Shown here: positions 18,128 to 27,307 of the stretch, piece by piece
How positions within the stretch are numbered: the first letter of the stretch is position 1
Layout of the letters: each line of letters opens with the position of its first letter
Virus record (IMG/VR): IMGVR_UViG_2778261168_000003
DNA from: a virus
Lineage: Duplodnaviria; Heunggongvirae; Uroviricota; Caudoviricetes
Length of the DNA: 35,120 nucleotides
Direction: 5' to 3' (one strand)
Translations under genes and position numbers: made by a program
Notes under the pieces: generated by a model
Told to the model about the DNA's origin: nothing
Database searches by the model: none
Seen by the model: only the letters and a program-made list of their open reading frames with translations

Positions 18128-18521
18128 AGCAGTGCCTTATGTCCGCAATAACCCGGACAAACTGCATCTGTTTGTGGATAACGGTTCGCTGGTTGCCACG
18201 GGGGCCAGCTCCATGTCATGGGAGTACCGCTATACCCTGAACGTGGTGATAGAGGATTTCAGCGGCGACCAGAATCTGCTGATGGCCCCGGTTTTATTGT
18301 GGCTGCGGGATAACCAGCCCGATGCCATCAATAACCCGGCGTTACGGGAAAAGCTATTCACCTTTGAGGTGGATATTCTGCGCAACGATGTCTGTGATAT
18401 CAGCCTTAACCTGCAACTGACGGAGCGTGTGCTGGTCAGCACTGACGGCAGTGTGTCGAGCGTTGAAGCTGTAGCAGAACCCGATGAACCTGAAGAAATG
18501 TGGACGGTGAAACGTGGCTGA
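18069..18521 (+). CDS. R: Tail completion protein R-like
   Basis: 150 aa; synteny with P2 R. Confidence 0.7.
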   Translation: MRVRSETVNKPQSLRHALNKAVPYVRNNPDKLHLFVDNGSLVATGASSMSWEYRYTLNVVIEDFSGDQNLLMAPVLLWLRDNQPDAINNPALREKLFTFEVDILRNDVCDISLNLQLTERVLVSTDGSVSSVEAVAEPDEPEEMWTVKRG

Positions 18522-18966
18522 ACTGCAGAAGGTGGACGACTGGCTGAGTGTCTTGCTGACGAATCTGGAGCCAGCCGCAAGAAGCCGCATGATGCGTCAG
18601 CTGGCGCAGGAACTGCGCCGGACACAGCAGCAGAATATCAGGATGCAGCACAACCCTGACGGTAGCAGCTATGAACCGAGACGGGTAACAGCACGCAGCA
18701 AAAAGGGTCGCATCAAACGTCAGATGTTTACAAAGCTGCGCACCACCAAATACCTGAAAACTGCCGCCAGCGCCGATTCTGCCAGCGTGCAGTTTGAAGG
18801 TAAGGTGCAGCGCATTGCCCGCGTTCACCATTACGGCCTGCGTGATCGTGTAAGCCGTAATGGTCCGGAAGTGCGGTATGCAGAGCGGCGATTATTAGGT
18901 TTCAATAACGATATAATGTTGAAGTTAATTGATCTGTTAACTCGGCATTTAATTAATCCAAACTAA
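18514..18966 (+). CDS. S: Tail completion protein S-like
   Basis: 150 aa; synteny with P2 S; the last ~20 codons are AT-rich and overlap the convergent cargo gene. Confidence 0.7.
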   Translation: MAELQKVDDWLSVLLTNLEPAARSRMMRQLAQELRRTQQQNIRMQHNPDGSSYEPRRVTARSKKGRIKRQMFTKLRTTKYLKTAASADSASVQFEGKVQRIARVHHYGLRDRVSRNGPEVRYAERRLLGFNNDIMLKLIDLLTRHLINPN

Positions 18967-20158
18967 GTTTATATTTCTCAATGTGATTATTGATGTGATT
19001 AAAGAACATTCTTGGATTCCAACCTTTTGTGAGTTCAGAAATTAAATACTCATCAACCATGTCGAGTGCATAGTCTAAGGTCGGCTGTAAAAGTAGCCCC
19101 CCAATTGATCCAACTACTGGAGCTAAAGGAGATGTAATATTCGATGCCGCTAAGGCTCCAGTTAACATCATGGCAATGCTCTTAGTCGAACGGCCTAAAA
19201 AGGAATCAAAAAATCCTTTTGAGTTTGATATGCTATCAATGTAATATTTTGAGATGTCACTCGCTGAACTGCTTTGTTCTGCTTCTTTTAACCATTTTCT
19301 GAATTTTTTAGCATGACGATCATTTCTGAGCCTCATGATGTCATTCATTGGTAATCCCATTTCAATAAATGATTTACGTAAGTCAGGGAAGTTTTCAATG
19401 AGTGAAATTTGTTTGAATATCTCATTCTTATCAATTGTAATTAATGCTTGGCTGATAATTGCACTCACATTGTCTGTTATGTGGGGGCGAGCTTTTTTAT
19501 TAACGAGATATTTAAAGTTGAACAGTTCTTCTGCAACTTTTCCTAACTTTTTTTTATCGGTAAGACTCAAATCTGTTAATTTCTCTTTAGTTAAATCGAT
19601 TCCCAACTGGTTAAGTTTACCACTATTCAAAGCTGATATTGTCATGTCAACACAGTCTTTTTCTAAACCTTTGGGAATGTCTAAGTAGTTATCTCTCAGT
19701 TTTTTAATAAGATTTCTTTTTTCACCAGGTTTAAGACCTTTTCTTAATACGCTGAGCCCAGTTGAGATCGACTCCTCAGGGTCCGTATGTACGGTACTAT
19801 TAAATCTCATGCTAACTAATGGAAGAGTTCCAGGTATCGGAGATGAAATGTATCCAACATTGGCAGTCCATAATGAAAAACTAAGAGCCTCTTGGTCAAT
19901 TAATCTCTCAACATCATATAGGCCTATCTCATTAACCAGAAAAGCAAGTGGAACGTTTTCTCCATATACTTTGAAGTTTAATTTTTCATTTAAAATAAAA
20001 CCCTCAAATAGCTTTGATCTAATATTTTGAAGTTTTTTAGGTTGATCTATTATGTCTTGCTTCGTGAGCTGTGTTTCGCCAATCATAATATATTTTCGGC
20101 AGTAATCGTTTAGTTCTGTATCAAATAAAGCATTCGATATATCTATTTTTTTTGACAT
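18953..20158 (-). CDS. Cargo protein of unknown function at the S/V (P2 orf30-type) locus
   Basis: 401-aa ORF antisense to the late operon in a strongly AT-rich insert; hydrophobic stretch near the C-terminus (IAMMLTGALAASNITSPLAPVVGSIGGLLL); no recognisable catalytic motif. Confidence 0.6.
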   Translation of the reverse strand: MSKKIDISNALFDTELNDYCRKYIMIGETQLTKQDIIDQPKKLQNIRSKLFEGFILNEKLNFKVYGENVPLAFLVNEIGLYDVERLIDQEALSFSLWTANVGYISSPIPGTLPLVSMRFNSTVHTDPEESISTGLSVLRKGLKPGEKRNLIKKLRDNYLDIPKGLEKDCVDMTISALNSGKLNQLGIDLTKEKLTDLSLTDKKKLGKVAEELFNFKYLVNKKARPHITDNVSAIISQALITIDKNEIFKQISLIENFPDLRKSFIEMGLPMNDIMRLRNDRHAKKFRKWLKEAEQSSSASDISKYYIDSISNSKGFFDSFLGRSTKSIAMMLTGALAASNITSPLAPVVGSIGGLLLQPTLDYALDMVDEYLISELTKGWNPRMFFNHINNHIEKYKLSLD

Positions 20159-20333
20159 CTTATGATCCTGTTATCCTTGTGAGGACACCCTAGAGTAATA
20201 GTGAATTTATAAATACACAGCGGCATAAATTAGATCTTTTAAGATTTTTTTTCAATCTATAAATATATATAAGTGAAAAGTGATTTTTTGACTGTGAGGG
20301 CGGCAAAAGGTGTGGGACGACTTTAAAAGTCAT

Positions 20334-20351
20334 TGTGCTATTGATTACACA
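20334..20351. promoter_or_regulatory. Late-activator (Ogr) dyad TGT-N12-ACA upstream of V
   Basis: TGTGCTATTGATTACACA; shares TGTGC-ATT with the dyad upstream of FI. Confidence 0.4.
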
Positions 20352-20397
20352 AGCTTGCGACCTATCCAGGTGACTCCTGGAAAGACATTCTATAGGC

Positions 20398-20976
20398 ATG
20401 AACGCACAACTAACAGAAATCATGCGCCTTATCACCAACCTAATCCGCACTGGTGTAGTCACCGACGTGGACCGGGAGAACTGGCTTTGTCGGGTGAAAA
20501 CGGGCGAGCTTGAAACTAACTGGATCAGCTGGCTGACGCTGCGTGCAGGGAATGCCAGGACATGGTGGCGACCATCGGAAGGTGAGCAGGTGGTGGTGCT
20601 GAGCATGGGCGGCAATCTGGAAACCGCGTTTGCGCTGCCCGCCATCTATTCGAATCAGTTCGCGCCACCGTCGACGTCGGCGGACGCCTGCGTGACAGAA
20701 CATCCTGACGGTGGCTGGTTTGAATACGAACCCGCCACCGGGCGCTGGTATGTCAGAGGCATCAAATCAATGGTCATTGAGGCCGCTGACAACATCACCA
20801 TGAAAACCAGTGAGTTTGTACTGGAGGCTGACCGCACGCGCATTAACAGCGAAGTGGTGATCAATGGTGGCATTACCCAGGGCGGCGGAGCGATGAGTTC
20901 TAACGGGATCGTGGTTGATGCGCATCAGCATACTGGCGTCCTGAAAGGCGGCGATACCACCGGAGGCCCGGTATGA
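20398..20976 (+). CDS. V: Baseplate spike/assembly protein V
   Basis: 192 aa; N-terminal LIRTGVVTDVD...CRVKTGE...WLTLRAGNARTWW resembles P2 gpV as recalled. Confidence 0.8.
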   Translation: MNAQLTEIMRLITNLIRTGVVTDVDRENWLCRVKTGELETNWISWLTLRAGNARTWWRPSEGEQVVVLSMGGNLETAFALPAIYSNQFAPPSTSADACVTEHPDGGWFEYEPATGRWYVRGIKSMVIEAADNITMKTSEFVLEADRTRINSEVVINGGITQGGGAMSSNGIVVDAHQHTGVLKGGDTTGGPV

Positions 20977-21332
20977 CGCTTTATAGCGGGATGAACAATA
21001 CCAGCGGCAAAGCCATTACTGATATTGACCATCTGCGCCAGTCGGTGCGGGACATTCTGCTGACCCCACAGGGTAGCCGCATTGCCCGTCGTGAATATGG
21101 TTCCCTGCTGTTGGCGCTAATAGACCAGCCACAAAATCCGGCGTTACGCCTGCAGGTCATGTCGGCAGTGTATGTGGCGCTGAGTCGCTGGGAGCCACGG
21201 CTGACGCTGGATTCCATCACCATCAACAGCAACTTTGACGGTTCTATGGTGGTGGAGCTGACCGGGCGGCGGAATAACGGTGTGCCTGTGTCCCTTTCCG
21301 TATCAACAGGAGCAGAGAATGGCAGTGATTGA
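20973..21332 (+). CDS. W: Baseplate wedge protein W (gp25-like)
   Basis: 119 aa; ATGA overlap with V; synteny. Confidence 0.8.
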   Translation: MTLYSGMNNTSGKAITDIDHLRQSVRDILLTPQGSRIARREYGSLLLALIDQPQNPALRLQVMSAVYVALSRWEPRLTLDSITINSNFDGSMVVELTGRRNNGVPVSLSVSTGAENGSD

Positions 21333-22227
21333 CCTTTCGCAGTTGCCTGCGCCGCAGATTGTGGATGTGCCGGACTTTGAGACGCTGCTTACCGAACGCA
21401 AGGCAGAATTTGTGGCGCTTCATCCGAAAGATGAGCAGGAAGCAGTGATCCGCACGCTGGAACTGGAATCTGAACCCGTCACCAAATTGTTGCAGGAGAA
21501 TGCTTACCGTGAGTTGCTTCTGCGCCAGCGCATTAACGAAGCCGCGCATGCTGTGATGGTGGCTTACGCGATGGGCGGCGATCTTGACCAGCTCGCTGCC
21601 AACTACAACGTGAAACGCCTGACGGTGACGCCTGCTGATAATGACGCTGTGCCACCCGTTGCGGCTGTGATGGAAAGCGATGAAGCGTTACGCCTGCGTG
21701 TGCCTGCGGCTTTTGAAGGGCTTTCGGTTGCGGGGCCAACCGCAGCTTATGAATTTCATGCCCGAAGCGCCGACGGTCGGGTGGCGGATGCCAGTGCAAC
21801 CAGCCCGGCACCTGCAGAGGTGGTACTGACTGTCCTTAGCCGCGAAGGCGACGGAACAGCAGAAAAAGACCTGCTGGATGTGGTGGAGAACGCCCTGAAC
21901 AGTGAGAACGTCCGCCCGGTGGCTGACCGTCTGACGGTTCGCAGCGCAGAAATCATACCGTACCGCGTGGAAGCCACCATTTTTCTCTATCCGGGGCCGG
22001 AAGCAGAGCCGGTAATGGCAGCGGCAAAAGCCAGCCTGCAGAAGTACATCGCCAGTCAGACGCGGCTTGGTCGGGATATTCGCCGTAGCGCCATCTTTGC
22101 CGCCCTGCATGTTGAGGGTGTGCAGCGTGTGGAGCTGGCTTCGCCGCTGGCGGATGTGGTTTTGAACAAAACGCAGGCGGCATCATGTACGGAGTGGAGC
22201 GTGACCAACGGGGGAACGGATGAATAG
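21319..22227 (+). CDS. J: Baseplate protein J
   Basis: Start at ATG 21319 (AGGAG RBS); 302 aa, the same length as P2 gpJ. Confidence 0.8.
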   Translation: MAVIDLSQLPAPQIVDVPDFETLLTERKAEFVALHPKDEQEAVIRTLELESEPVTKLLQENAYRELLLRQRINEAAHAVMVAYAMGGDLDQLAANYNVKRLTVTPADNDAVPPVAAVMESDEALRLRVPAAFEGLSVAGPTAAYEFHARSADGRVADASATSPAPAEVVLTVLSREGDGTAEKDLLDVVENALNSENVRPVADRLTVRSAEIIPYRVEATIFLYPGPEAEPVMAAAKASLQKYIASQTRLGRDIRRSAIFAALHVEGVQRVELASPLADVVLNKTQAASCTEWSVTNGGTDE

Positions 22228-22825
22228 TCTGCTGCCATCGGGGTCAACTTCACTGGAGCGCCGACTGGCGCAGACCTGTAGCGGGATTTCTGATCTGCAG
22301 GTGCCGCTGCGTGACTTGTGGAATCCGGCTACCTGCCCGGTCAGCTTCCTGCCTTATCTCGCCTGGGCGTTCTCTGTGGATCGCTGGGACGAAGGCTGGA
22401 CAGAAAGCGTCAAGCGCCAGGTGGTGAAGGATGCTTTTTATATTCATCAGCATAAAGGGACCACCAGTGCCGTGCGGCGGGTGGTGGAGCCGTTCGGCTT
22501 TCTGATCCGCATTATTGAGTGGTGGCAGACCGGAGAGGCACCGGGCACGTTTCGTCTGGATATCGGCGTGCAGGACCAGGGCATCACTGAAGATACCTAT
22601 CTGGAACTTGAGCGGCTGATAAGCGATGCCAAACCATGTAGCCGTCACATGATCGGCATGTCCATCAATCTGCAGACCAGCGGTCCGCATTGGGTGGGGG
22701 CCGCCAGCTATCTTGGCGAAGAAATCACGATCTATCCGTATATCAACGAAACAATTATTTCCGGCGGCACCGCGCATGAAGGTGGGGCGGTCCATGTTAT
22801 TGACACAATGAGAGTGAATCCATGA
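22220..22825 (+). CDS. I: Baseplate protein I
   Basis: 201 aa; overlaps J stop and H start; synteny. Confidence 0.75.
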   Translation: MNSLLPSGSTSLERRLAQTCSGISDLQVPLRDLWNPATCPVSFLPYLAWAFSVDRWDEGWTESVKRQVVKDAFYIHQHKGTTSAVRRVVEPFGFLIRIIEWWQTGEAPGTFRLDIGVQDQGITEDTYLELERLISDAKPCSRHMIGMSINLQTSGPHWVGAASYLGEEITIYPYINETIISGGTAHEGGAVHVIDTMRVNP

Positions 22826-24552
22826 GCACAAAATTTTATACCCTGCTGACGGATATTGGCGCGGCGAAACTTGCCAGCGCCGCCGCGCTCGGTGTGCCTT
22901 TAAAAATTACCCATATGGCGGTCGGCGATGGCGGCGGAACATTGCCAACGCCGGACGCAAAGCAGACAGCATTGGTAAATGAGAAACGCCGGGCTGCGCT
23001 GAATATGCTCTATATCGACCCGCAGAACAGCAGCCAGATTATTGCCGAACAGGTGATCCCAGAAAACGAGGGCGGTTGGTGGATACGTGAAGTGGGCCTG
23101 TTTGATGAGTCCGGGGCATTGATTGCCGTGGGCAACTGCCCGGAAAGCTATAAGCCACAACTGGCTGAAGGCAGCGGGCGCACCCAGACCGTGCGCATGG
23201 TGCTGATTACCAGCAGTACGGACAATATCACCCTGAAAATCGACCCTGCTGTCGTGCTGGCAACCCGTCATTATGTAGATCAACAAATAGAAATTCATGA
23301 GCAATCGCGCCGCCATCCTTCTGCGTCTTTGACAGAAAAGGGATTTGTACGTCTGTATAGCGGTGTGGAAAGCAATGATGAAACAGTCGCTGCAACGCCA
23401 AAAGCAGTGAAAATAGCGATGGATAATGCCAGCGCCAGACTGGCAAAAGACCGCAATGGTTCTGATATTCCCAATCCGGCACTGTTTGTTCAGAATCTGG
23501 GATTGAAAACGACTGTTGATAAAGCTGCATCAGCGATTCAGCCAGGAGATTATGGAATTGGCCTGGCTTATCTGAAAACCATGGGAACCAAATCGCAATT
23601 TTTTGCTTATGGTACAGCTGTCGGCTATCCAGAAGTGCCAACACATGGTGCTGGTTTCCAGGCCTGTTACAACGACAATCGACGTGCACAGATTTATGTC
23701 GCTAATGATGGCAAGATGTACTGTCGATTCAGCATGTTATCGAAAATTGCCGATGATGAAACACCGTGGAATCAGGTGTTCACCAGTGCACATTATCCAG
23801 AAGCATCAGTGAGTGTTAAAGGAATGGTGCAATTGGGGAACGATGTAAACAGCGTGTCAGAAAATGTTGCGGCGACATTGAAAGCGGTAAAAATTGCGAT
23901 GGACAACGCCAGCGCGAGACTGGCAAAGGACCGCAATGGTGCTGATATTCCTGACCCGACTTTGTTTATTCAGAATCTGGGACTTAAACCGACGGTTGAT
24001 AAGGCTGAAAGTGCTCTGCAACAGGGAGCATACGGAATCGGTAGCAATAATAACTACGAAATGGGTGAGGTTTCACAGTTTCTTGCATATTCAGGTAATG
24101 CAGATGAAGTGCCATCGAATGGTGCAGGTTTTCAGGCTGTGTATAACAAGAACAGACGCGCGCAGATTTTCATCACCGGAGCAGGGGAAATGTATCACCG
24201 TTTCAGCGGCTCTGATACGGTTAAAGACAATACAACACTATGGCGTCGGGGTGTTTGTGAAGATGAATTTTCATTTGGCAGCAATTATCACCGAATAACT
24301 GGCGGTGTGCTGAAGCAGTTTTTTAACAGTTATTTTTCCGGGGCAACTGGTGTGGTGAATAAAGAGTATCAGGTGAATTTTCCGACACCATTTGCCCGTC
24401 AGTGCTGGTACGTGATCCCCGTTTTCCGTTCGTCACACGGTGGGAGTGTTGAGGGTGTCGCCATTACAGCTATTACTGCAACTGGCTTTACTCTGAGCAT
24501 CACCGGAGATAACGGTGGATGGAATATTGGGTTTATTGCGGAGGGGGTCTGA
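22822..24552 (+). CDS. H: Tail fibre protein H
   Basis: 576 aa; N-terminal MSTKFYTLLTDIGAAKLA... tail-fibre N-domain; variable C-terminal part contains a 160-aa tandem duplication. Confidence 0.85.
   Translation: MSTKFYTLLTDIGAAKLASAAALGVPLKITHMAVGDGGGTLPTPDAKQTALVNEKRRAALNMLYIDPQNSSQIIAEQVIPENEGGWWIREVGLFDESGALIAVGNCPESYKPQLAEGSGRTQTVRMVLITSSTDNITLKIDPAVVLATRHYVDQQIEIHEQSRRHPSASLTEKGFVRLYSGVESNDETVAATPKAVKIAMDNASARLAKDRNGSDIPNPALFVQNLGLKTTVDKAASAIQPGDYGIGLAYLKTMGTKSQFFAYGTAVGYPEVPTHGAGFQACYNDNRRAQIYVANDGKMYCRFSMLSKIADDETPWNQVFTSAHYPEASVSVKGMVQLGNDVNSVSENVAATLKAVKIAMDNASARLAKDRNGADIPDPTLFIQNLGLKPTVDKAESALQQGAYGIGSNNNYEMGEVSQFLAYSGNADEVPSNGAGFQAVYNKNRRAQIFITGAGEMYHRFSGSDTVKDNTTLWRRGVCEDEFSFGSNYHRITGGVLKQFFNSYFSGATGVVNKEYQVNFPTPFARQCWYVIPVFRSSHGGSVEGVAITAITATGFTLSITGDNGGWNIGFIAEGV
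23350..24230 (+). repeat. Tandem duplication of about 480 bp (160 aa) inside tail fibre gene H
   Basis: Near-identical nucleotide runs start at 23386 and 23866 (GCGATGGA.AA.GCCAGCGC.AGACTGGCAAA.GACCGCAATGGT); protein units AAT.KAVKIAMDNASARLAKDRNG.DIP.P.LF.QNLGLK.TVDKA...GAGFQA.YN.NRRAQI. Confidence 0.8.
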
Positions 24553-24986
24553 TGAGTTATTTTTACAGTCCATCAAGAAATGCATTTTATAACAGTGAAC
24601 TGAAATCTGATTATTACGATGCTCTCGATGCGTGGCCGGATGACTGTATTGAGGTAAGTGATGCAGTCTATCAGGAGTTTTATCTTGGTTATCGGGAAGG
24701 GTACAAAATGGTTGCAGGCACTGATAACCAGCCATCATGGGAAGAACGTCCACCATTGACCCATGAGGAACAGGTGGAACAGGCAGAAATGATGAAACAG
24801 ATGCGCATTAATGAGGCTAACAACCTGATTAATGAAAAACAATGGCCATCAAAATTACAGCTTGGCAGGCTGAACGAAATGGAGACAACCAGATTTAATG
24901 CGATGCTGGATTATCTTGAGTTACTTGAAAATATTAATGTAAGTGATGCCCCGGATATAGTCTGGCCTTTATCACCAGAAGTCTGA
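24552..24986 (+). CDS. G: Tail fibre assembly chaperone G
   Basis: 144 aa starting at ATG 24552 (TGATG overlap with H stop); synteny. Confidence 0.7.
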   Translation: MSYFYSPSRNAFYNSELKSDYYDALDAWPDDCIEVSDAVYQEFYLGYREGYKMVAGTDNQPSWEERPPLTHEEQVEQAEMMKQMRINEANNLINEKQWPSKLQLGRLNEMETTRFNAMLDYLELLENINVSDAPDIVWPLSPEV

Positions 24987-25024
24987 ATACATCCCCGCGT
25001 CTTCGGGGATTCCTGTATCCGCCG

Positions 25025-25042
25025 TTGTGCCATTTTTCATAC
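25025..25042. promoter_or_regulatory. Late-activator (Ogr) dyad TGT-N12-ACA upstream of FI
   Basis: TGTGCCATTTTTCATACA, centre about 85 nt upstream of the FI start. Confidence 0.45.
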
Positions 25043-25118
25043 AAACCACATAACGTGCATCCTGCTCGTATCAACCAGAACATAGGCAGACCCCCTCTAC
25101 TACCGGAGAGACTGCCTT

Positions 25119-26291
25119 ATGGCTCAGGATTACCACCACGGGGTGCGCGTTGTTGAAGTCAACGAAGGCACCCGATCCATTACCACGGTGAGCACCGCCA
25201 TCGTGGGTATGGTCTGCACGGGCGATGATGCCGATGCAAAAATGTTTCCTCTTAATAAACCCGTGCTGATCACTGATGTGCTGACTGCCAGCGGTAAAGC
25301 GGGTGAGTCCGGCACGCTGGCCCGTTCGCTGGATGCCATCGCTGACCAGGCAAAACCCGTGACCGTTGTTGTGCGTGTGCCGCAGGGGGAAACGGAAGAA
25401 GAAACCACGACCAATATCATCGGCGCAGTGACTGCTGAAGGTAAAAAAACTGGCATGAAAGCCCTGTTATCTGCCCAGTCACAGCTCGGGGTTAAACCGC
25501 GCATTCTCGGCGTGCCAGGTCATGATAACAAAGCCGTTGCTACTGAGTTGCTGAGCGTGGCGCAAAGCCTGCGTGGGTTTGCTTACCTGTCAGCGTATGG
25601 CTGCAAGACGGTGCAGGAGGCGCTCACTTACCGTGAAAACTTCAGCCAGCGCGAAGGAATGCTGATCTGGCCTGACTTTACTGGCTGGGACACGGTGCTG
25701 AATGCCGAAGCAACGGCATATGCCACCGCTCGTGCGCTTGGTCTGCGCGCCAAAATTGACGAGCAGACCGGATGGCACAAAAGCCTGTCCAACGTGGGCG
25801 TGAACGGTGTCACCGGAATTTCTGCTGATGTGTTCTGGGATCTGCAGGACCCGGCAACAGATGCAGGTCTGCTTAACCAGAACGACGTCACCACGCTTAT
25901 CCGCAAAGACGGTTTCCGCTTCTGGGGTTCCCGCTGTCTGAGCGATGATCCGCTCTTTGCCTTCGAAAACTACACCCGCACGGCGCAGGTGCTGACGGAC
26001 ACAATGGCAGAAGCGCATATGTGGGCGGTGGACAAACCGCTGAACCCGTCGCTGGCCCGCGACATTATCGAAGGTATCCGCGCCAAAATGCGCAGCCTGG
26101 TCAGTCAGGGCTATCTCATTGGTGGTGATTGCTGGCTGGACGAGTCGGTGAATGACAAAGACACACTGAAAGCCGGAAAACTCACCATCGATTACGACTA
26201 CACGCCAGTACCGCCACTTGAAAACCTGATGCTGCGTCAGCGCATCACCGATCAGTACCTGGTGAATTTCTCCAGCCAGGTAAGCGCGTAA
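25119..26291 (+). CDS. FI: Tail sheath protein FI
   Basis: 390 aa; size and position match P2 FI. Confidence 0.85.
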   Translation: MAQDYHHGVRVVEVNEGTRSITTVSTAIVGMVCTGDDADAKMFPLNKPVLITDVLTASGKAGESGTLARSLDAIADQAKPVTVVVRVPQGETEEETTTNIIGAVTAEGKKTGMKALLSAQSQLGVKPRILGVPGHDNKAVATELLSVAQSLRGFAYLSAYGCKTVQEALTYRENFSQREGMLIWPDFTGWDTVLNAEATAYATARALGLRAKIDEQTGWHKSLSNVGVNGVTGISADVFWDLQDPATDAGLLNQNDVTTLIRKDGFRFWGSRCLSDDPLFAFENYTRTAQVLTDTMAEAHMWAVDKPLNPSLARDIIEGIRAKMRSLVSQGYLIGGDCWLDESVNDKDTLKAGKLTIDYDYTPVPPLENLMLRQRITDQYLVNFSSQVSA

Positions 26292-26300
26292 GGGGGCAAC

Positions 26301-26816
26301 ATGGCTTTACCACGTAAATTAAAACACCTGAACCTGTTTAATGACGGGAACAACTGGCAGGGGATCGTTGAGTCGCTGACGCTGCCGAAATTCACCCGCA
26401 AATATGAGAAGTATCGCGGCGGCGGAATGCCTGGTGCAGTTGATGTGGATCTGGGGCTTGATGACAGTGCGCTGGACACAGAATTTTCCATTGGTGGTAC
26501 TGAACTGCTGCTGTTTAAGCAGATGGGCAAAGCTACGGTGGATGGCATCCAGTTGCGCTTTACCGGCTCTATCCAGCGTGACGATACCGGGGAAGTGCAG
26601 GCCGTGGAGCTTGTGGTGCGTGGACGTCACAAAGAAGTGGATTCCGGCGAGTGGAAGACGGGCGAAAGCAACACCACCAAAGTGACCAGTACCAACAGCT
26701 ACGCGAAGCTGACCATCAATGGTGAGGTGCTCTATGAAGTGGACCTTATCAACATGGTGGAAATTGTGAACGGTGTGGACCTGATGGAAGCGCACCGCAA
26801 CGCCCTCGGCCTCTGA
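26301..26816 (+). CDS. FII: Tail tube protein FII
   Basis: 171 aa immediately after sheath; synteny. Confidence 0.85.
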   Translation: MALPRKLKHLNLFNDGNNWQGIVESLTLPKFTRKYEKYRGGGMPGAVDVDLGLDDSALDTEFSIGGTELLLFKQMGKATVDGIQLRFTGSIQRDDTGEVQAVELVVRGRHKEVDSGEWKTGESNTTKVTSTNSYAKLTINGEVLYEVDLINMVEIVNGVDLMEAHRNALGL

Positions 26817-26870
26817 TGTATCTGAACGGCGCGGGATTCCGCGCCAGAACCCAATTTACAGGACAGCAAA

Positions 26871-27173
26871 ATGAGCGATAAGCAGACTGAAAAGACCATT
26901 CAACTGGATACCCCCATTATGCGCGGTAAAACAGAAATTACCGAAATTGTGTTGCGTAAACCGCAGTCCGGTGCGCTGCGCGGCACACGCCTGCAGGCCA
27001 TTATGGATATGGATGTGAATGCGATGATGACCGTGATCCCCCGCATCTCCAGTCCGGCACTGACTGCACAGGAAATTGCAGAGATGGACCCGGCAGATCT
27101 CACTGCCATGTCGGTTGAGGTTGTCACTTTTTTGTTGAAGAAGTCGGTGCTTGCCGGTTTACCGACAGCCTGA
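26871..27173 (+). CDS. E: Tail assembly chaperone E
   Basis: 100 aa between tube and tape-measure genes; contains a T-TTT-TTG slippery heptamer near its 3' end. Confidence 0.75.
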   Translation: MSDKQTEKTIQLDTPIMRGKTEITEIVLRKPQSGALRGTRLQAIMDMDVNAMMTVIPRISSPALTAQEIAEMDPADLTAMSVEVVTFLLKKSVLAGLPTA

Positions 27174-27307
27174 CGGTTGACGATCTGGTGGCAGATATCG
27201 CCACCATCTTTCACTGGCCGCCATCCGTTACTGACGTTATGCCGCTGACCGAAGTGCTGGAATGGCGGTATAAAGCGATTCAGAGAAGCGGGGCCAACGA
27301 TGAGTGA
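27128..27307 (+). other. Putative -1 programmed frameshift site and E' extension (E+E' fusion)
   Basis: Slippery TTTTTTG at 27128-27134; the -1 frame is open from there to TGA at 27305-27307 (extension ...FVEEVGACRFTDSLTVDD...LEWRYKAIQRSGANDE), ending over the T start codon. Confidence 0.6.

Noticed and set aside
24987-25118. Possible cargo at the G/FI (Z/fun-type) slot
   Set aside because: Only about 130 bp separate G and FI here, containing the late promoter dyad; this slot is empty.
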